DNA of 64,000 bases from an uncultured delta proteobacterium (lineage in GTDB: Bacteria; Desulfobacterota; Syntrophia; Syntrophales; UBA2185): NCBI GenBank assembly GCA_963705275.1, contig OY970063.1, forward strand, positions 412,438-476,437, given 5' to 3'. Below, one piece after another: positions 22,475-32,504 of the stretch (position 1 is its first letter; the number at the start of each line of letters is the position of its first letter). The notes below the pieces were generated by a model, which was not told the DNA's origin, made no database searches, and saw only the letters and a program-made list of their open reading frames with translations. Position numbers and translations under genes: made by a program.

Positions 22475-22675
22475 CTTTTCTTCTTCCTCAAAGTTCATTG
22501 TGCATGCCATAAAAAGAACAGACCAGTCTATATATCCTCATATAGCAAGTCTGATACACAACTTCAAGAAGTAATGCAGGCATTTGTCGGAATATTGCGC
22601 TTTTAACCTTGCAAAGCGGTCCGAAAATCATTATAAATCAGCCCGGCATGATTCAACAACCGTGTGAGGTATTTT

Positions 22676-24004
22676 ATGAAAACCTATAGACTACACATAA
22701 TAGCCGTCTTGATTATATTGATTGCCGGTTTTGGCTTCTGGTTTTTCAATTCCTGGGGTGAACTGGAAAAGCCGAGCATCCAGCTCGATCAAGACTTAAC
22801 GGCGATCGGAAGGTCTAAGACGTTTAATATAGCATTTGCGGACCGGAAGAGCGGCCTTCGCAATTCAACTGTCACGATAGTTCAGGATAATCAGACGCAG
22901 GCTCTTTCTTCACTCAACTACGTAGACCAAGTTACGAGAGAGAATAATGTGAGCGTAACTATAGACCCTGTGGCGATCAAACTTCATGAAGGCCCGGCCA
23001 CGCTCTATGTTTCAGCAACAGACAACTCGCTTTGGAAGAACGAGACGACTCTCGCCATACAGGTCAATATCGATTTCATGCCTCCTCAAATATTTTTACT
23101 CACTTCCACCAACCATATTAATCCCGGCGGCACGTGTGTGATTTTGTACAGAACATCAAAACCGGTGGTTTCAAGCGGAGTGATGGTCGAAAAGAATTTT
23201 TCTCAGGGATATGCGACGACTATCTCAGAGAAACCATGTACCATCAGTTATTTTTCTCTTCCCATGGATGCCAAGCATGGTGGAACAACGATAAAAGTCA
23301 TCGCCCGGGACCAGGCAGGGAATGAAACTTCAATTGCACTGCCGAATCTTATCAGAAAGAAAAAATTCCGCAGTGATAAGATGACCCTGAGCGAAAATTT
23401 CTTGCAGCAGAAGATGCCCGAATTTCAGAGTCATAACCCCGCTCTTCAGGGTAAAACGCCTCTTGACACCTTCATATATGTAAACGGAAAGATGAGGGAA
23501 GAAAACGATAATGCAATCCGGGATATCTGCCGGACATCGAATCCCCGGCAATTATGGGAGGGTACATTCCTCCGAATGAAGAATGCCGCTCCCATGGCCT
23601 TGTTCGGCGATAAGAGAAAATATCTGTATCATGGCACAGTAGTCGGCGAGAGCATCCACACGGGCGTTGATCTCGCTTCCACGACAAATGCCCCGGTGGA
23701 AGCCGCTAATCATGGTATAATTGCATACGCCGGCTACCTCGGCATCTACGGCAATTTCGTGATCATCGATCACGGCTTCGGATTCTTCAGCGTTTACGGC
23801 CATCTTAATTCTATAGATGTCAAGAAAGGACAGGAGATCAGGAAAGGTGACATTATTGGCCACACGGGATCTTCAGGCCTTGCAGGCGGGGATCATCTGC
23901 ATTTTGGAATGCTTGTCGGGGGGCAGTTTGTAAATCCCCAGGAGTGGTGGGACGCCCATTGGATTGAGGACAACGTCACCAAAAAGATGGCAATTTCTTA
24001 TTAG
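22676..24004 (+). CDS. M23-family peptidase with N-terminal membrane anchor
   Basis: HTGVDL and GHTGSSGLAGGDHLHF motifs. The ORF is open from 22664. Confidence 0.85.
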   Translation: MKTYRLHIIAVLIILIAGFGFWFFNSWGELEKPSIQLDQDLTAIGRSKTFNIAFADRKSGLRNSTVTIVQDNQTQALSSLNYVDQVTRENNVSVTIDPVAIKLHEGPATLYVSATDNSLWKNETTLAIQVNIDFMPPQIFLLTSTNHINPGGTCVILYRTSKPVVSSGVMVEKNFSQGYATTISEKPCTISYFSLPMDAKHGGTTIKVIARDQAGNETSIALPNLIRKKKFRSDKMTLSENFLQQKMPEFQSHNPALQGKTPLDTFIYVNGKMREENDNAIRDICRTSNPRQLWEGTFLRMKNAAPMALFGDKRKYLYHGTVVGESIHTGVDLASTTNAPVEAANHGIIAYAGYLGIYGNFVIIDHGFGFFSVYGHLNSIDVKKGQEIRKGDIIGHTGSSGLAGGDHLHFGMLVGGQFVNPQEWWDAHWIEDNVTKKMAISY

Positions 24005-24088
24005 ATTCTTTGCGTGAAATAGTTGGGCCGGCTGACATTCGAAATTCAAAATTTTAGCTTCTAAACATTTAGAACCCGTAATATTTGG

Positions 24089-24955
24089 CTAACTCTTATT
24101 GATATCCCTGTGGTTTATCGTCACTACGTAATTTTTATCTGAAAAATAAGAGCCCAGTTTATTTGCCATCACGACCGACCTGTGTCTCCCGCCTGTGCAT
24201 CCCAGTGCTATATTAAGTCTTGCCTTCCCCTCCTTTTCATAGAGCGGGATGAGAAATGCCATCAGCTCAAAAAGCTTTTGAATAAATATCCTGCTTTCGT
24301 CGGATTCGAGCACATAATTCTCAACATCTGGATGGTGACCATCATAAACTTTTAGTTCTTCGACGAAATATGGATTGGGGAGAAAACGCACATCAAGCAC
24401 GATGTCTGCATCAGCAGGTATGCCATACCGGTACCCGAATGAAGTCACATGAACGATCATCCTTTCATTTACGGATGATGAAATAAAATGCCGTTGGACA
24501 ACATCCTTTAACTGATGCACATTGTATGACGTGGTATCAATGACTTTATCGGCCATTTGCTTCAACGGGGCCAGCTTTTCCCTCTCCAGATTAATGCCTT
24601 CCATGACGGAACCCTTCACTGACGTGGGATGTACTCTCCTCGTTTCACTGAATCGATGCAGGAGAGCGTCATCGCCCGATTCGAGAAATAGTATTTCTAT
24701 CTTGTAACCCTCGTTCTTCAGCTGGTCAAAAATCTTTGTATATTTTTCCAGAAAGCTCTTCTCCCTCAAATCCATGACCATGGCGACCTTTGCGATGTCC
24801 TTGGAGGCATCAGACTGAATCTTGAGAAATCTCGGAAGAAGAACAACAGGCAGGTTATCTACGCAGAAAAAACCGATGTCTTCCAGTGCCCGGAGCGCAG
24901 TACTCTTGCCTGATCCAGAAAGTCCTGTGATAATTACTACACGCAGGTTGTTCAT
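24089..24955 (-). CDS. rapZ: RNase adapter / nucleotide-binding protein RapZ
   Basis: Walker A GLSGSGKS and C-terminal [10 protein letters not shown]. Confidence 0.93.
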   Translation of the reverse strand: MNNLRVVIITGLSGSGKSTALRALEDIGFFCVDNLPVVLLPRFLKIQSDASKDIAKVAMVMDLREKSFLEKYTKIFDQLKNEGYKIEILFLESGDDALLHRFSETRRVHPTSVKGSVMEGINLEREKLAPLKQMADKVIDTTSYNVHQLKDVVQRHFISSSVNERMIVHVTSFGYRYGIPADADIVLDVRFLPNPYFVEELKVYDGHHPDVENYVLESDESRIFIQKLFELMAFLIPLYEKEGKARLNIALGCTGGRHRSVVMANKLGSYFSDKNYVVTINHRDINKS

Positions 24956-25834
24956 GAGTCGCCTCTTTCCATTTTCCTCATCAATTCTTGCACGCGGAGC
25001 TCAACGTGCCTGTAAATTTTCCGGGTCTGCGGAAAGCCCGGCAGTTCCATGCAAGGCAGCTTAACCCCCATGATATCCCACAATTTTTCTTCTGAGTCGA
25101 TCTTCTGCCACCCCTTTTGATCCGTTTTCTTTAATTCAACGATAAGGTCTATGACCGAACCGTCAAGAATGGCTTGAGCACCGAGAAGTTTATCTGCTTC
25201 AACGATGCCTCTGCTTCTAATATTTATAAAACTCTTGACGAGATCGTGACCCCGGCCATACAACAAATCTCCTCTTCTTTCGATGTCTAGGGCGTCGTCT
25301 GCTATCCACTGATGCCCTCTTCCCACCAGTTCCAGAGCGTATTCAGTCTTCCCTGTACCACTGTCCCCTACGAAGATTACGCCACGGCCTGAAACATTCA
25401 CAAATGTCCCGTGCATGGAAATTGACTTATTAATCTTTGCTCTCAAGAGGCGGGAGAGACGACTTTCCAACAGAAACTCATCGTACATCGATGCAAACAC
25501 AGGAATGCCGTATAACTCTGAAAGAGCGATCAATGGACCTGGTACTCTCTCTGCTTCTGAAGACCGCTATGCAGGGAATGCGGTTTGAAATGATAGCTTG
25601 AAAAATCTTTTTGCTGGATTCGGGCGGTAGTGTTTTGAGTTCGGAAACACATGAAGGAGTGACTACAAGGATAACATCGGGAATAATCCTGTTCCAGAAT
25701 CCTTCGGCTTCCTCATACCGCTGAACTCGGATACTGCTTGTGGATCTGGAGAGGCCGGCTTCACCGACAATTTGTTTGAGTCCTAACTCGTCCTCTGAAC
25801 CTTGAAGAATGTCTCTTAATCGGAGCTGAGCCAT
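24952..25834 (-). pseudogene. hprK: HPr kinase/phosphorylase split by one frameshift
   Basis: The N-domain ORF (25478-25855) reads ...SNRIPCIAVF and then loses similarity. The C-domain frame (24952-25533, open upstream to about 25566) reads SSEAERVPGPLIALSELYGIPVFAS...GDSGTGKTE (P-loop). The frames switch at about 25553-25566. Confidence 0.85.
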
Positions 25835-25855
25835 GGAAGTAAAATACCTTGACAA

Positions 25856-26317
25856 TCAACTTGCGTCATCCTTATCCGCAATTATCAGATATAGCTCGTC
25901 CTTTGACTTGGCGTCTATGAGCTTCTTCCTGAATGAGCTGTCTTTCAGCATCTTCGATATTTTAGCGAGCGCTTTCAAGTGCAGGCCGGTTGTGCTCTCC
26001 GGGGCCAACAGCAGGAAGAAAAGATTGGCCGGTTTGCCGTCCATGGAATCAAAAGCTACACCTTCCTTGCTTCTGCCGAATGTGACAATCAACTCATCAA
26101 TATCTGCCAGCTTGCCATGGGGAATTGCGATACCATCTCCTATGCCGGTGCTGCCTAACTTTTCTCTCTCCAAGAGAGTGTTAATCATGTACTCGTGATT
26201 GATCCTGCCATTCTCACGATGAAACACACCAGACAGTTCAGCAAGGACATCCCTTTTGGTCTTCGCCTTTAGTTCTTCGATGATATATTCTTTCCTGAAG
26301 ATATCCATGATTTTCAT
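25856..26317 (-). CDS. ptsN: PTS-Ntr EIIA
   Basis: 153 aa with the active-site pattern GDGIAIPHG. Position is downstream of hpf. Confidence 0.9.
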   Translation of the reverse strand: MKIMDIFRKEYIIEELKAKTKRDVLAELSGVFHRENGRINHEYMINTLLEREKLGSTGIGDGIAIPHGKLADIDELIVTFGRSKEGVAFDSMDGKPANLFFLLLAPESTTGLHLKALAKISKMLKDSSFRKKLIDAKSKDELYLIIADKDDAS

Positions 26318-26333
26318 GATGCTTCCTCAAACT

Positions 26334-26870
26334 TCAACTGCTTGTCTCTATGAGCGCATACTTCCCGTCGTCGCGGACATATATAATACTGACTTTTTCT
26401 GTAGAAGAATCTCTGTAAACAACAAAACGGTTTCTCGATACATCAATCTCCATAATTGCATCTTCGAGAGACATTGGTTTCAACACAACTTTTCTCATTT
26501 CCACTATTCTTACTTCCTGCGCTTCATCGTCATCTTGATATACTTCCCGAGGTGCTGCTCCTTCTGACCGCGAAGCATTCGTTTTATGACCCCGCGTCCT
26601 TTCTTTGCGTTTCTTCAGTTGACGTTCTATCTTTTCAACCGCATTATCAATAGCAAGATTCATTTCCTTGGCTTCTTCCTTGGCATTTAGAGTCTGCCCA
26701 TTAGCCATTAAATTTACCTCCGCCACATTTCTGAACTTTTCAACGGAAAGAACAACACGTGCCTCCACCGGCGTGTCCAAATACTTTTCAAGTTTTTTTA
26801 GTCTTTGATCGATATATTCCTTGTGCCAGTCATCCCCTTCTGTATTCCTGAAGGTTACGGAAATCTTCAT
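26334..26870 (-). CDS. hpf: Ribosome hibernation promoting factor (long form)
   Basis: 178 aa with an S30AE N-domain and a C-terminal dimerisation domain. Position is downstream of rpoN. Confidence 0.92.
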   Translation of the reverse strand: MKISVTFRNTEGDDWHKEYIDQRLKKLEKYLDTPVEARVVLSVEKFRNVAEVNLMANGQTLNAKEEAKEMNLAIDNAVEKIERQLKKRKERTRGHKTNASRSEGAAPREVYQDDDEAQEVRIVEMRKVVLKPMSLEDAIMEIDVSRNRFVVYRDSSTEKVSIIYVRDDGKYALIETSS

Positions 26871-27206
26871 AACTACACCCTCCTAAGTTTCAATACATTT
26901 TGCCGCGCCCTCTTTGTGTCTCTTCCGAGGGCGGGCATCCTAATCTTAAAATCATCTGAGGTCAACCTGTTTTTTAAGGCCTGACCAACTGCTCCACCAA
27001 ACTTCAAAAATCGAGTGAAAAATGGACGGCTAAATAAGTCCGGAGAAACGGCGACTCCATCCGCCGGATTTGATTGAACAAATCTGAGACATAAGGCATG
27101 TATAGACGCAAGCCATAGCTTGACCTCAGCCTGCAATGGAAAGGACGAAGCCCAATCTATGCCGGAGCCTGCCCGTGCGAAAGCGGGGATACTTTCTACA
27201 ATACCG

Positions 27207-28670
27207 TCAGAAATACTTTTTCCTCTTGGAAGAAGGCAGAACACCCATCATTTCTCTGTACTTTGCAACAGTCCTTCTCGCAATTGATATGCCTGATTTT
27301 TTCAGGAGATCAACGATGTCACTGTCACTGTACGGCTTCTTGGGATTTTCCGCGCTCACGATATTTTTTATCTCTTCCTTAACACTCTTCGATGCAACGG
27401 CATCACCGCTTGTTTTTTGTATCCTGCTGCTGAAGAAATATTTGAGTTCGAATATGCCTCTCGGCGAATGCATATACTTATTCGTCACTACCCTGCTTAT
27501 GGTTGACTCATGCATCTCCACATCATCGGCAATATCTCTAAGTACCAACGGCTTTAAATAATTTATACCGTAATCGAAGAAGTCCCTCTGCAGCTTCAAG
27601 ATGCTTTCCGTCACTTTGTATATTGTCCTCTGCCTCTGCTGTATGCTCTTGATAAGCCATGTGGCCGATTGCATTCTCTCTCTTATGTATTTCCTGCTGC
27701 TTTCTGCATCCGGATATGTGTTGCTGCCGCCCATAATCTCCTTGTAAAAGTTGCTGATCCGGAGCTTCGGCAAACCGTCGTCATTAAGAATGATCTTATA
27801 CTCCTCGCCTGCCTTGAATACATACACATCGGGCGTAATGGTATCTATCCTCTCTTCGGTATAGACGCTCCCAGGTTTCGGATCCATGCTGCTTATTATA
27901 CAGACTGCCTGCAGAACTTCAGATATGGGGACCTTCAATTTTCTTGATATGTTGGTATAGTTCTTTGTTTCTAAATCCTTGAGATGTTCATTTATAATCG
28001 ACTCGACGAGAGGGGTCAGCATACCCATGATTCTCGCCTGAATCAGAAGACATTCCTTGATGTCCCTTGCTGCAATCCCGGGGGGATCAAATTCCTGAAT
28101 CTTCTTCAAAACGCCTTCAACGAAACTCTCTTCAACACCCTCCTGCTTGGCAATCTCCTCTACAGACGCCATCAAATATCCATTATTGTCAAGGTTGCCA
28201 ATTATCTGCTCTCCAATCTTCGTTTCGGCTTCCGTAATGCGGGAAAGCTTAAGTTGCCACATGAGATGATCCGTCAGGGACGGCTTTACCATAAGCATAT
28301 TATCCCACGACGGCGCCTCATCATCCTTGCGGTCGTACCTCACGCCCGTCGGACCGTAGTCCTCAAGATAGCTATTCCAGTCAAATTCTTCCTTGCCATC
28401 ACCCTCGCCGGTTATCTCCTCTGTACGCTCAACAGCTTTAATCTCTTCCCTGTCGGTTATTTCAACTGTATCGGATTCCGGGACGGTCGTCTCTTCCGGG
28501 TATTCTTCTGATGTTACCTCTTCAAGTAACGGATTCTCCTCCATCTCCTGGGTGATTAAGTCGGTCAACTCCAGCCTCGAAAGTTGCAACAGTTTTATTG
28601 CCTGTTGCAGCTGAGGCGTCATGACCAGCTGTTGACTCAATTTTAGATTTTGTTTGAGTTCAAATGCCAT
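27207..28670 (-). CDS. rpoN: RNA polymerase sigma-54
   Basis: MAFELKQNLKLSQQLVMTPQLQQAIKLLQLSRLEL N-terminus and the RpoN box ARRTVAKYR. Confidence 0.97.
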   Translation of the reverse strand: MAFELKQNLKLSQQLVMTPQLQQAIKLLQLSRLELTDLITQEMEENPLLEEVTSEEYPEETTVPESDTVEITDREEIKAVERTEEITGEGDGKEEFDWNSYLEDYGPTGVRYDRKDDEAPSWDNMLMVKPSLTDHLMWQLKLSRITEAETKIGEQIIGNLDNNGYLMASVEEIAKQEGVEESFVEGVLKKIQEFDPPGIAARDIKECLLIQARIMGMLTPLVESIINEHLKDLETKNYTNISRKLKVPISEVLQAVCIISSMDPKPGSVYTEERIDTITPDVYVFKAGEEYKIILNDDGLPKLRISNFYKEIMGGSNTYPDAESSRKYIRERMQSATWLIKSIQQRQRTIYKVTESILKLQRDFFDYGINYLKPLVLRDIADDVEMHESTISRVVTNKYMHSPRGIFELKYFFSSRIQKTSGDAVASKSVKEEIKNIVSAENPKKPYSDSDIVDLLKKSGISIARRTVAKYREMMGVLPSSKRKKYF

Positions 28671-28710
28671 TGTTCCGTAAACCTGATCAATGCTTTCTCA
28701 TATCCGCCAT

Positions 28711-29433
28711 TCAGAGATAAAAATCTTCTCCCAAGTAAATCTTTCTCGCAATTTCACAATTGGCTATAGTGTCAGGGTCCCCTTCAACCATAATCGCTCC
28801 CTCGTTGACAATATAGGCTCTGTCACAGACAGAAAGAGTTTCTCTGACGTTATGATCGGACACGACAACGCCGATTCCTTTAGATTTCAGTTTGGATATG
28901 ATTCTCTGTATATCTTGAACGGCAAGAGGATCAATCCCCGCGAAAGGCTCATCGAGGAGAATGTACTTGGGAGATGTTACAAGAGCCCTTGTAATTTCAA
29001 CACGCCGTCTCTCTCCGCCTGACAGCGAATATGCGCGCGCATCTGACAGGTGCGAAATATCAAGTTCTCCCAGCAGTTCCTTCAGTCGCTTGTCTCTCTC
29101 ATTCTTGTCTATATCCAGGGTCTCAAGAATTGCCATGATGTTCTCTGCCACCGTCAGCTTCCTGAATATTGACGGCTCCTGAGGCAGGTAGTTCAATCCT
29201 TTCCGCGCCCGGACATACATGGGGCATTTAGTGACATCCTCTCCGTTTAAAAAGATACTGCCCTCGTCGGGCCATATCAAACCCACTATCATATAAAAGG
29301 TTGTGGTCTTACCTGCCCCATTAGGGCCTAACAGGCCTACCACTTCTCCAGGACCGATTTCCAGATCAATCTTATTTACGACAACCCTGCTTCCATAGAT
29401 TTTTACCAGCCCCTTGGCCAATAGCGTTTCCAT
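28711..29433 (-). CDS. lptB: LPS export ABC transporter ATPase
   Basis: GPNGAGKTT, LSGGERRR and LLDEPFAG motifs. The ORF is open to 29454. Confidence 0.93.
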   Translation of the reverse strand: METLLAKGLVKIYGSRVVVNKIDLEIGPGEVVGLLGPNGAGKTTTFYMIVGLIWPDEGSIFLNGEDVTKCPMYVRARKGLNYLPQEPSIFRKLTVAENIMAILETLDIDKNERDKRLKELLGELDISHLSDARAYSLSGGERRRVEITRALVTSPKYILLDEPFAGIDPLAVQDIQRIISKLKSKGIGVVVSDHNVRETLSVCDRAYIVNEGAIMVEGDPDTIANCEIARKIYLGEDFYL

Positions 29434-29524
29434 TAATTTATAATATCCATACATCTAAATTTGCGCATTTACAATTGCCTTCATATGATGAAACGAACGC
29501 TGAAAACCCGGCAATGCAAGTTCT

Positions 29525-30088
29525 TCATTTCTTTTTGTCCTTGTCCTCAGGATATATTGTGGCCTTAACTCTGCCTTTTTCAACACTTTCGACGACACCT
29601 CTGTCTTCATCAAGAAATACCACTATCCTGTCACCGTTGATGACGTTTCTTCCCTCCCGCATCACTGCATTGCCCAGCATAATAATCTTTTGCGTATCCT
29701 GGTAGAAGATTGCCTCATTCCCCGTTACAATCCTTTCACCCTGTGTTATTGTGACATGACCTTTCGCTTCAATCTTCTCCAAATCGCCTGCACTGCCAAT
29801 ATCCTGAGTGCCGGCCTTTGCGGGGGCCCGGGGATCTTTCTTATAATACAGAAAGAGGCGGTCTGCCTTTATCGTTTTATCACCCTGCGTAGCAACAGCA
29901 TTGCCCGAAAATACCACCAGTTTTTTTTCGTTGTAAGCGTCCAAGCGGTCAGAAACAATCTGTATCGGTTGATCCTTGTCCAACTTGATTTTTTTCTTCG
30001 TGTCAGTATCCTTAGCGCCCAAATATGCGACGCTAAAAAAGAGCATTATTAGAGGTACTATTATCCTGCTTTTCACAATCATAGTCAA
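29525..30088 (-). CDS. lptA: LPS transport periplasmic protein LptA (OstA-like)
   Basis: Signal peptide, OstA-type beta-jellyroll repeat pattern, and position between lptC and lptB. Confidence 0.85.
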   Translation of the reverse strand: MTMIVKSRIIVPLIMLFFSVAYLGAKDTDTKKKIKLDKDQPIQIVSDRLDAYNEKKLVVFSGNAVATQGDKTIKADRLFLYYKKDPRAPAKAGTQDIGSAGDLEKIEAKGHVTITQGERIVTGNEAIFYQDTQKIIMLGNAVMREGRNVINGDRIVVFLDEDRGVVESVEKGRVKATIYPEDKDKKK

Positions 30089-30148
30089 AGTAAGTTATTG
30101 CAACTCTATACCCCAGGGAGCATTTATGATGACGCCCGCCCGGCCACA

Positions 30149-30700
30149 TTACTTTATGCTGGCTTTCACCTTCGATAACAATGCTACATCTTTATCTTCC
30201 AGCGAAAAGGACAACCCCACCCCTTTCACCTGCATGCGCGAGTTCTCCAGTTTGACGGCAGAGTCGGTGTATATCCGCTGCTCTGAACCAGAATATTTGA
30301 GGATGTCCGTAGTCAGGCGATCACCTTTTTCCGAGATGATTTCCACATTTCCGGAAATTTCCATATCCTTCGTTTCCGTGTTTGATTTGCCTTTGTTCCC
30401 CGTCATAACCAGGGTCCTTCCGTCAGACATTACAAGCTTCACCCTGATCCGATCAAAAAGGACAAGGTTCTCATTCTTGACATACTTGGCGCTATCCGCC
30501 TTGATCTCCCATTTCACGCCTGAAGCGCCAACGTCCGTATAAAGGACATTCTTAACCTGAAGGTCTACCTTGTCCGACAATATATTAAGAAGCTGGTTCT
30601 TGGAAGACCTGCTGCTTTCCACAAAGAAAATGACAGCTGCCGCTCCTGTGATAGCAACAACCAGAATCATGATGATAATGTTACTTTTCTTGAATTTCAT
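30149..30700 (-). CDS. lptC: LPS export system protein LptC
   Basis: Single N-terminal TM anchor, 183 aa, and position upstream of lptA. Confidence 0.8.
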   Translation of the reverse strand: MKFKKSNIIIMILVVAITGAAAVIFFVESSRSSKNQLLNILSDKVDLQVKNVLYTDVGASGVKWEIKADSAKYVKNENLVLFDRIRVKLVMSDGRTLVMTGNKGKSNTETKDMEISGNVEIISEKGDRLTTDILKYSGSEQRIYTDSAVKLENSRMQVKGVGLSFSLEDKDVALLSKVKASIK

Positions 30701-31023
30701 AAGACTTCGTCTATTTAGGAAAGGTGATCTTCATTTCTTCCGCACACCCAAGCTCTGAAAATAAACGCTCCCAAAGACAGGCTCGTTTTATATCATCCGC
30801 TTTTATATATGTAAAGGTCAAACGCGCACAGCCGCGTCCGCTGCGGAAGTCCAACCGCTTTACCTGCACTGTATCCCGGCAATCGGACTGCGCATTCACT
30901 TAGCCTCCATTTCTCGAAGGCGCGTCGCAAATACAGCGGCTCATCCTTTACAATTATCGATGAGACGGTTATATACAATTGCCTGGCGGCGGTTTAGTGA
31001 GATCACCATCAACTGCTCATTCT

Positions 31024-31569
31024 TCATAGGAAGCCATATTTTCTTGCTACATCAGTCCATTCGCCCTTAGCTTTCAGGATAACTTCACAGACCTCCCTTA
31101 CGGCACCGCGGCCCCCTTTTCTTATAGTAACGTAATCAGCGCATTTTTTTACATCCTCTGCAGCATCGGCTACGGCCGCAGAAAATCCTGCTCTTCTTAG
31201 CAGCGAGATATCGACTATATCGTCTCCCACAAAGGCTATATGTTCATAATTAAGAGACCGATTACGGAGTATAGTATCGGCGATTTCAAGTTTGTTGGTG
31301 ACGCCCTGATGAACCTCGCTGATGCCGAGATCTCTGGCACGATGTTCAACGACCGTAGACCTTCTTCCCGTCACCAGTACTACATCGATTCCGTATCTCA
31401 TCAGGACCTTGATCCCGTGTCCATCTTTCACGTCAAAATTTTTTATTTCGCGACCTGCATAATCCATGATTATCCGTCCGTCCGTCATGACTCCATCAAC
31501 ATCCAGAATCAAAAGACGGATCAGTCTAATTCTTGCAATCACTTTGTCGTCGAGAATCCCGCCTGTCAC
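31024..31569 (-). CDS. kdsC: KDO-8-phosphate phosphatase
   Basis: HAD motif LDVDGVMTDG and FVGDD. Confidence 0.9.
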   Translation of the reverse strand: MTGGILDDKVIARIRLIRLLILDVDGVMTDGRIIMDYAGREIKNFDVKDGHGIKVLMRYGIDVVLVTGRRSTVVEHRARDLGISEVHQGVTNKLEIADTILRNRSLNYEHIAFVGDDIVDISLLRRAGFSAAVADAAEDVKKCADYVTIRKGGRGAVREVCEVILKAKGEWTDVARKYGFL

Positions 31570-31589
31570 ATCTTCCCCCTTTTGTCTCT

Positions 31590-32423
31590 CTAATCGGCTT
31601 TCGTCTTTTTTGTTATCGCGTCAATCCGCATCAGCGTAGCAAGAAGGTCATGGAGTGAATCGAGACCCACTGAATTCGGACCGTCGCATTTTGCAAGCTC
31701 AGGCTCATGATGCACTTCCACAAAGATGCCGTCAACTCCAACTGCAACGGCTGCCCGCGAGAGGTGGGGAACCATATAATTCTGACCTCCGGAGGATGTG
31801 CCCATTCCGCCCGGAAGCTGCACGCTATGTGTGGCGTCGAAAATCACGGGATAACCCATCTCCCTCATTAAAGGCAGTGAACGATAATCAACTACGAGAT
31901 TATTATATCCGAAGGTCGCTCCCCTTTCCGTGACCATTATATTTTCGTTCCCCGTTGAAGATGCCTTGAGAAGTATGTTTTTAACATCCCACGGCGCAAG
32001 AAACTGTCCCTTCTTGATATTGACGATCTTGGCCTTTCTGGCAACTTCAATTACGAAGTCTGTCTGCCTGCAGAGAAATGCAGGCACCTGCATCACATCG
32101 AGAATCTCTGAAGCAGGGCCAATCTCTTCGAAACGATGCACATCTGAGAGGATCTTAATGCCAAAATCCGTCTTTATGTCAGCTAGAATCCGAAGCCCCT
32201 CAACGACTCCAGGACCTCTGAAGGAATCGATGGACGTCCGGTTTGCCTTGTCATAAGACGCTTTAAATATGAAAGGCAGCTTCAGCCGACCGGTAATGTC
32301 TTTCAAAAATAGCGCCGTTTTTCTTGTCGTCTCTTCGTCCTCTATAACACAGGGACCGGCGATGAGAATGAAGGGGGCCCCATCTCCAATAACCATATCA
32401 TCCAGGATAATCTGCCTCATCAT
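31590..32423 (-). CDS. kdsA: 3-deoxy-8-phosphooctulonate synthase
   Basis: 277 aa with KASYDKANRTS and DATHSVQLPG motifs. Confidence 0.95.
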   Translation of the reverse strand: MMRQIILDDMVIGDGAPFILIAGPCVIEDEETTRKTALFLKDITGRLKLPFIFKASYDKANRTSIDSFRGPGVVEGLRILADIKTDFGIKILSDVHRFEEIGPASEILDVMQVPAFLCRQTDFVIEVARKAKIVNIKKGQFLAPWDVKNILLKASSTGNENIMVTERGATFGYNNLVVDYRSLPLMREMGYPVIFDATHSVQLPGGMGTSSGGQNYMVPHLSRAAVAVGVDGIFVEVHHEPELAKCDGPNSVGLDSLHDLLATLMRIDAITKKTKAD

Positions 32424-32504
32424 TTTCTACCTCTTCATCGTACTCATAAATCTGTCAATGCGCTCTGCCTCATCCATCTTCTCCGATCTCAACTATGCCG
32501 CTGC

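Noticed and set aside
26873-27244. 123-aa minus-strand ORF filling the rpoN-hpf spacer
   Set aside because: It starts inside the 3' end of rpoN, has no RBS, and has an Ala/Gly/Arg-rich composition driven by GC-rich hairpins. The spacer is better explained as a promoter and leader (kept as a low-interest finding).
30711-30978. Two overlapping 61-62-aa ORFs in the kdsC-lptC gap
   Set aside because: They are mutually exclusive frames, neither has a Shine-Dalgarno, and neither resembles any family I recognise. Not called as genes.
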